Both the position numbers and the translations under genes were made by a program. From Veleropilina oligotropha (lineage: Eukaryota): a stretch of DNA of 64,000 nt. The notes beneath the pieces are model-generated. The model was not told the DNA's origin, made no database searches, and saw only the letters and a list, made by a program, of their open reading frames with translations. Positions 59,901 through 64,000 of the stretch are shown in pieces; position 1 is the first letter of the stretch; every line of letters starts with the position of its first letter. Location: positions 310,001-374,000 of the forward strand of contig JBEUKZ010000064.1 of the NCBI GenBank assembly GCA_048128005.1. Reading direction: 5' to 3'.

Positions 59901-62128
59901 CATCATCAGAGGTGGGTTATCATCAGAGGTGGGTTATCATCAGAGGTGGGTTATCGTCAGAGGTGGATCATCATCAGAGATGGGTTATCATCACAGGTGG
60001 GTCATCATCAGGGGTGGGTCATCATCAGAGGTGGGTCATCATCAGAGGTGGGTCATCACCAGAGGTGGGTCATCATCAGAGGTGGGTCGTCATCAGAGGT
60101 GGGTCATCATCAGAGGTGGGTTATCATCAGAGGTGGGTTATCATCAGAGGTGGGTCATCATCAGAGGTGGATTATCATCAGAGGTGGGTCATCATCAGAG
60201 GTGGGTTGTCATCAGAGGTGGGTCATCATCAGAGGTGGGTCATCATCAGAGGTGGATTATCATCAGAGGTGGGTCATCATCAGAGGTGGGTTGTCATCAG
60301 AGGTGGGTTGTCATCAGAGGTGGGTCATCATCAGAGGTGGGTCATCATCAGAGGTGGATTATCATCAGAGGTGGGTTATCATCAGAGGTGGGTCATCATC
60401 AGAGGTGGGTCATCATCAGAGGTGGGTCATCATCAGAGGTGGGTCATCATCAGAGGTGGGTCATCATCAGAGGTGGGTCATCATCAGAGGTGGGTTATCA
60501 TCAGAGGTGGGTTATCATCAGAGGTGGGTTATCATCAGAGGTGGGTCATCATCAGAGGTGAGTCGTCATCAGAGGTGGGTCATCATCAGAGGTGGGTCAT
60601 CATCAGAGGTGGGTCATCACCAGAGGTGGGTCATCATCAGAGGTGGGTCGTCATCAGAGGTGGGTCATCATCAGAGGTGGGTTATCATCAGAGGTGGGTT
60701 ATCATCAGAGGTGGGTCATCATCAGAGGTGGATTATCATCAGAGGTGGGTCATCATCAGAGGTGGGTTGTCATCAGAGGTGGGTCATCATCAGAGGTGGG
60801 TCATCATCAGAGGTGGATTATCATCAGAGGTGGGTCATCATCAGAGGTGGGTTGTCATCAGAGGTGGGTTGTCATCAGAGGTGGGTCATCATCAGAGGTG
60901 GGTCATCATCAGAGGTGGATTATCATCAGAGGTGGGTTATCATCAGAGGTGGGTCATCATCAGAGGTGGGTCATCATCAGAGGTGGGTCATCATCAGAGG
61001 TGGGTCATCATCAGAGGTGGGTCGTCATCAGAGGTGGGTCATCATCAGAGGTGGGTCATCATCAGAGGTGGGTTATCATCAGAGGTGGGTTATCATCAGA
61101 GGTGGGTCATCATCAGAGGTGAGTCGTCATCAGAGGTGGGTCATCATCAGAGGTGGGTCATCATCAGAGGTGGGTCATCATCAGAGGTGGGTCATCATCA
61201 GAGGTGGGTTATCATCAGAGGTGGGTCATCATCAGAGGTGGGTCATCATCAGAGGTGGGTCATCATCAGAGGTGGGTTATCATCAGAGGTGGGTCATCAT
61301 CAGAGGTGGGTTATCATCAGAGGTGGGTTATCATCAGAAGTGGGTTATCATCAGAAGTGGGTTATCATCAGAAGTGGGTTATCATCAGAAGTGGGTTATC
61401 ATCAGAAGTGGGTTATCATCAGAAGTGGGTTATCATCAGAAGTGGGTTATCATCAGAAGTGGGTTATCATCAGAAGTGGGTTATCATCAGAGGTGGGTCA
61501 TCACCAGAGGTGGGTCATCATCAGAGGTGGGTCATCATCAGAAGTGGGTTATCATCAGAGGTGGGTCATCATCAGAGGTGGGTTATCATCAGAGGTGGGT
61601 TATCATCAGAGGTGGGTTATCATCAGAGGTGGGTTATCATCAGAGGTGGGTCATCATCAGAGGTGAGTCGTCATCAGAGGTGGGTCATCATCAGAGGTGG
61701 GTCATCATCAGAGGTGGGTCATCATCAGAGGTGGGTCATCATCAGAGGTGGGTTATCATCAGAGGTGGGTCATCATCAGAGGTGGGTCATCATCAGAGGT
61801 GGGTCATCATCAGAGGTGGGTTATCATCAGAGGTGGGTCATCATCAGAGGTGGGTTATCATCAGAGGTGGGTTATCATCAGAAGTGGGTTATCATCAGAA
61901 GTGGGTTATCATCAGAAGTGGGTTATCATCAGAAGTGGGTTATCATCAGAAGTGGGTTATCATCAGAAGTGGGTTATCATCAGAAGTGGGTTATCATCAG
62001 AAGTGGGTTATCATCAGAAGTGGGTTATCATCAGAGGTGGGTCATCACCAGAGGTGGGTCATCATCAGAGGTGGGTCATCATCAGAAGTGGGTTATCATC
62101 AGAGGTGGGTCATCATCAGAGGTGGGTT
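56933..62128. repeat. Minisatellite, 17-bp unit, ~300 copies
   Basis: cagaggtgggt(c/t)atcat. Confidence 0.98.
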
Positions 62129-62155
62129 CTAATACTCGACTGGGCACTTTGTTCA

Positions 62156-64000
62156 ATTAACGGTCGCCGCTGTCCATACCTGGCCGATGACGTCGGGTCA
62201 TTAACGGTCGCCGCTGTCCATACCTGGCCGATGACGTCGGGTCATTAACGGTCGCCGCTGTCCATACCTGGCCGATGACGTCGGGTCATTAACAGTCGCC
62301 GCTGTCTATAACTGGCCGATGACGTCGGGTCATTAACGGTCGCCGCTGTCCATACCTGGCCGATGACGTCGGGTCATTAACGGTCGCCGCTGTCCATACC
62401 TGGCCGATGACGTCGGGTCATTAACGGTCGCAGCTGTCCATAACTGGCCGATGACGTCGGGTCATTAACGGTCGCCGCTGTCCATACCTGGCCGATGACG
62501 TCGGGTCATTAACAGTCGCCGCTGTCTATAACTGGCCGATGACGTCGGGTCATTAACAGTCGCCGCTGTCCATAACTGGCCGATGACGTCGGGTCATTAA
62601 CAGTCGCCGCTGTCCATAACTGGCCGATGACGTCGGGACATTAACGGTCGCAGCTGTCCATAACTGGCCGATGATGTCGGGTCATTAACGGTCGCAGCTG
62701 TCCATACCTGGCCGATGACGTCGGGACATTAACGGTCGCAGCTGTCCATAACTGGCCGATGACGTCGGGTCATTAACGGTTGTAGCTGTCCATACCTGGC
62801 CGATGACGTCGGGTCATTAACGGTCGCAGCTGTCCATACCTGGCCGATGACGTCGGGTCATTAACGGTCGCAGCTGTCCATAACTGGCCGATGACGTCGG
62901 GTCATTAACTGTCGCAGCTGTCCATAACTGGCCGATGACGTCGGGTCATTAACGGTCGCCGCTGTCCATAACTGGCCGATGACGTCGGGTCATTAACGGT
63001 CGCAGCTGTCCATACCTGGCCGATGACGTCGGGTCATTAACTGTCGCAGCTGTCCATAACTGGCCGATGACGTCGGGTCATAAACAGTCGCCGCTGTCCA
63101 TACCTGGCCGATGACGTCGGGTCATTAACGGTCGCAGCTGTCCATAACTGGCCGATGACGTCGGGACATTAACGGTCGCAGCTGTCCATAACTGGCCGAT
63201 GACGTCGGGTCATTAACGGTCGCCGCTGTCCATAACTGGCCGATGACGTCGGGTCATTAACGGTCGCAGCTGTCCATAACTGGCCGATGACGTCGGGACA
63301 TTAATGGTCGCAGCTGTCCATACCTGGCCGATGACGTCGGGTCATTAACGGTCGCAGCTGTCCATTACTGGCCGATGACGTCGAGTCATTAACGGTCGCA
63401 GCTGTCCATAACTGGCCGATGACGTCGGGACATTAACAGTCGCCGCTGTCCATACCTGGCCGATGACGTTGGGTCATTAATGGTCACAGCTGTCCATAAC
63501 TGGCCGATGACGTCGGGTCATTAACAGTCGCCGCTGTCCATTCCTGGCCGATGACGTCGGGACATTAACGGTCGCAGCTGTCCATAACTGGCCGATGACG
63601 TCGGGACATTAACGGTCGCAGCTGTCCATAACTGGCCGATGACGTCGGGTCATTAACGGTCGCCGCTGTCCATAACTGGCCGATGACGTCGGGACATTAA
63701 CGGTCGCAGCTGTCCATACCTGGCCGATGACGTCGGGTCATTAACAGTCGCCGCTGTCCATAACTGGCCGATGACGTCGGGTCATTAATGGTCGCCGCTG
63801 TCCATACCTGGCCGATGACGTCGGGTCATTAACAGTCGCCGCTGTCCATAACTGGCCGATGACGTCGGGACATTAACGGTCACAGCTGTCCATACCTGGC
63901 CGATGACGTCGGGTCATTAACGGTCGCCGCTGTCCATAACTGGCCGATGACGTCGGGTCATTAACGGTCGCAGCTGTCCATAACTGGCCGATGACGTCGG
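62156..64000. repeat. Satellite, 44-bp CpG-rich unit, ~42 copies, runs off the window
   Basis: attaacggtcgccgctgtccatacctggccgatgacgtcgggtc. Confidence 0.98.

Noticed and set aside
56896..62248. Very long ORFs (up to 1582 aa) of HHQRWVIIRGGSSSEVG
   Set aside because: Artefact of a stop-free 17-bp unit. The same peptide appears in all three frames.

Overview
Eukaryotic (invertebrate, probably lophotrochozoan/mollusc-like) genomic DNA. The first three coding exons of a TMEM135-like gene lie on the minus strand (47266-47424, 21010-21137, 13072-13161). Its introns hold four full-length (~7.3-7.5 kb) DIRS1-type tyrosine-recombinase retrotransposons, all co-oriented with the host gene: E1 1844-9108, E2 13222-20645, E3 26003-33485, E4 33662-41082. 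Each has inverted terminal repeats (ITRs), an internal complementary region (ICR), gag, RT/RNaseH/methyltransferase-like pol and an overlapping YR ORF. Only E3 has all three ORFs intact. E1 belongs to a diverged subfamily, which allows comparison by eye. That comparison shows a ~320-650 nt non-coding region between the YR stop and the ICR with many compensatory base-pair changes. Its G-U pairs and GNRA loops favour folding of the strand antisense to the ORFs, making it a candidate structured ncRNA or ssDNA domain. gag and the YR frame are separated by a single TAG inside a palindrome and long-range stem. The rest of the window is SINEs, MITEs/non-autonomous DNA transposons, HINE-like elements, degraded LINE fragments and several tandem arrays (70/41, 41, 35, 25, 17 and 44 bp units). 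All alignments and folds were done by eye and need computational confirmation.
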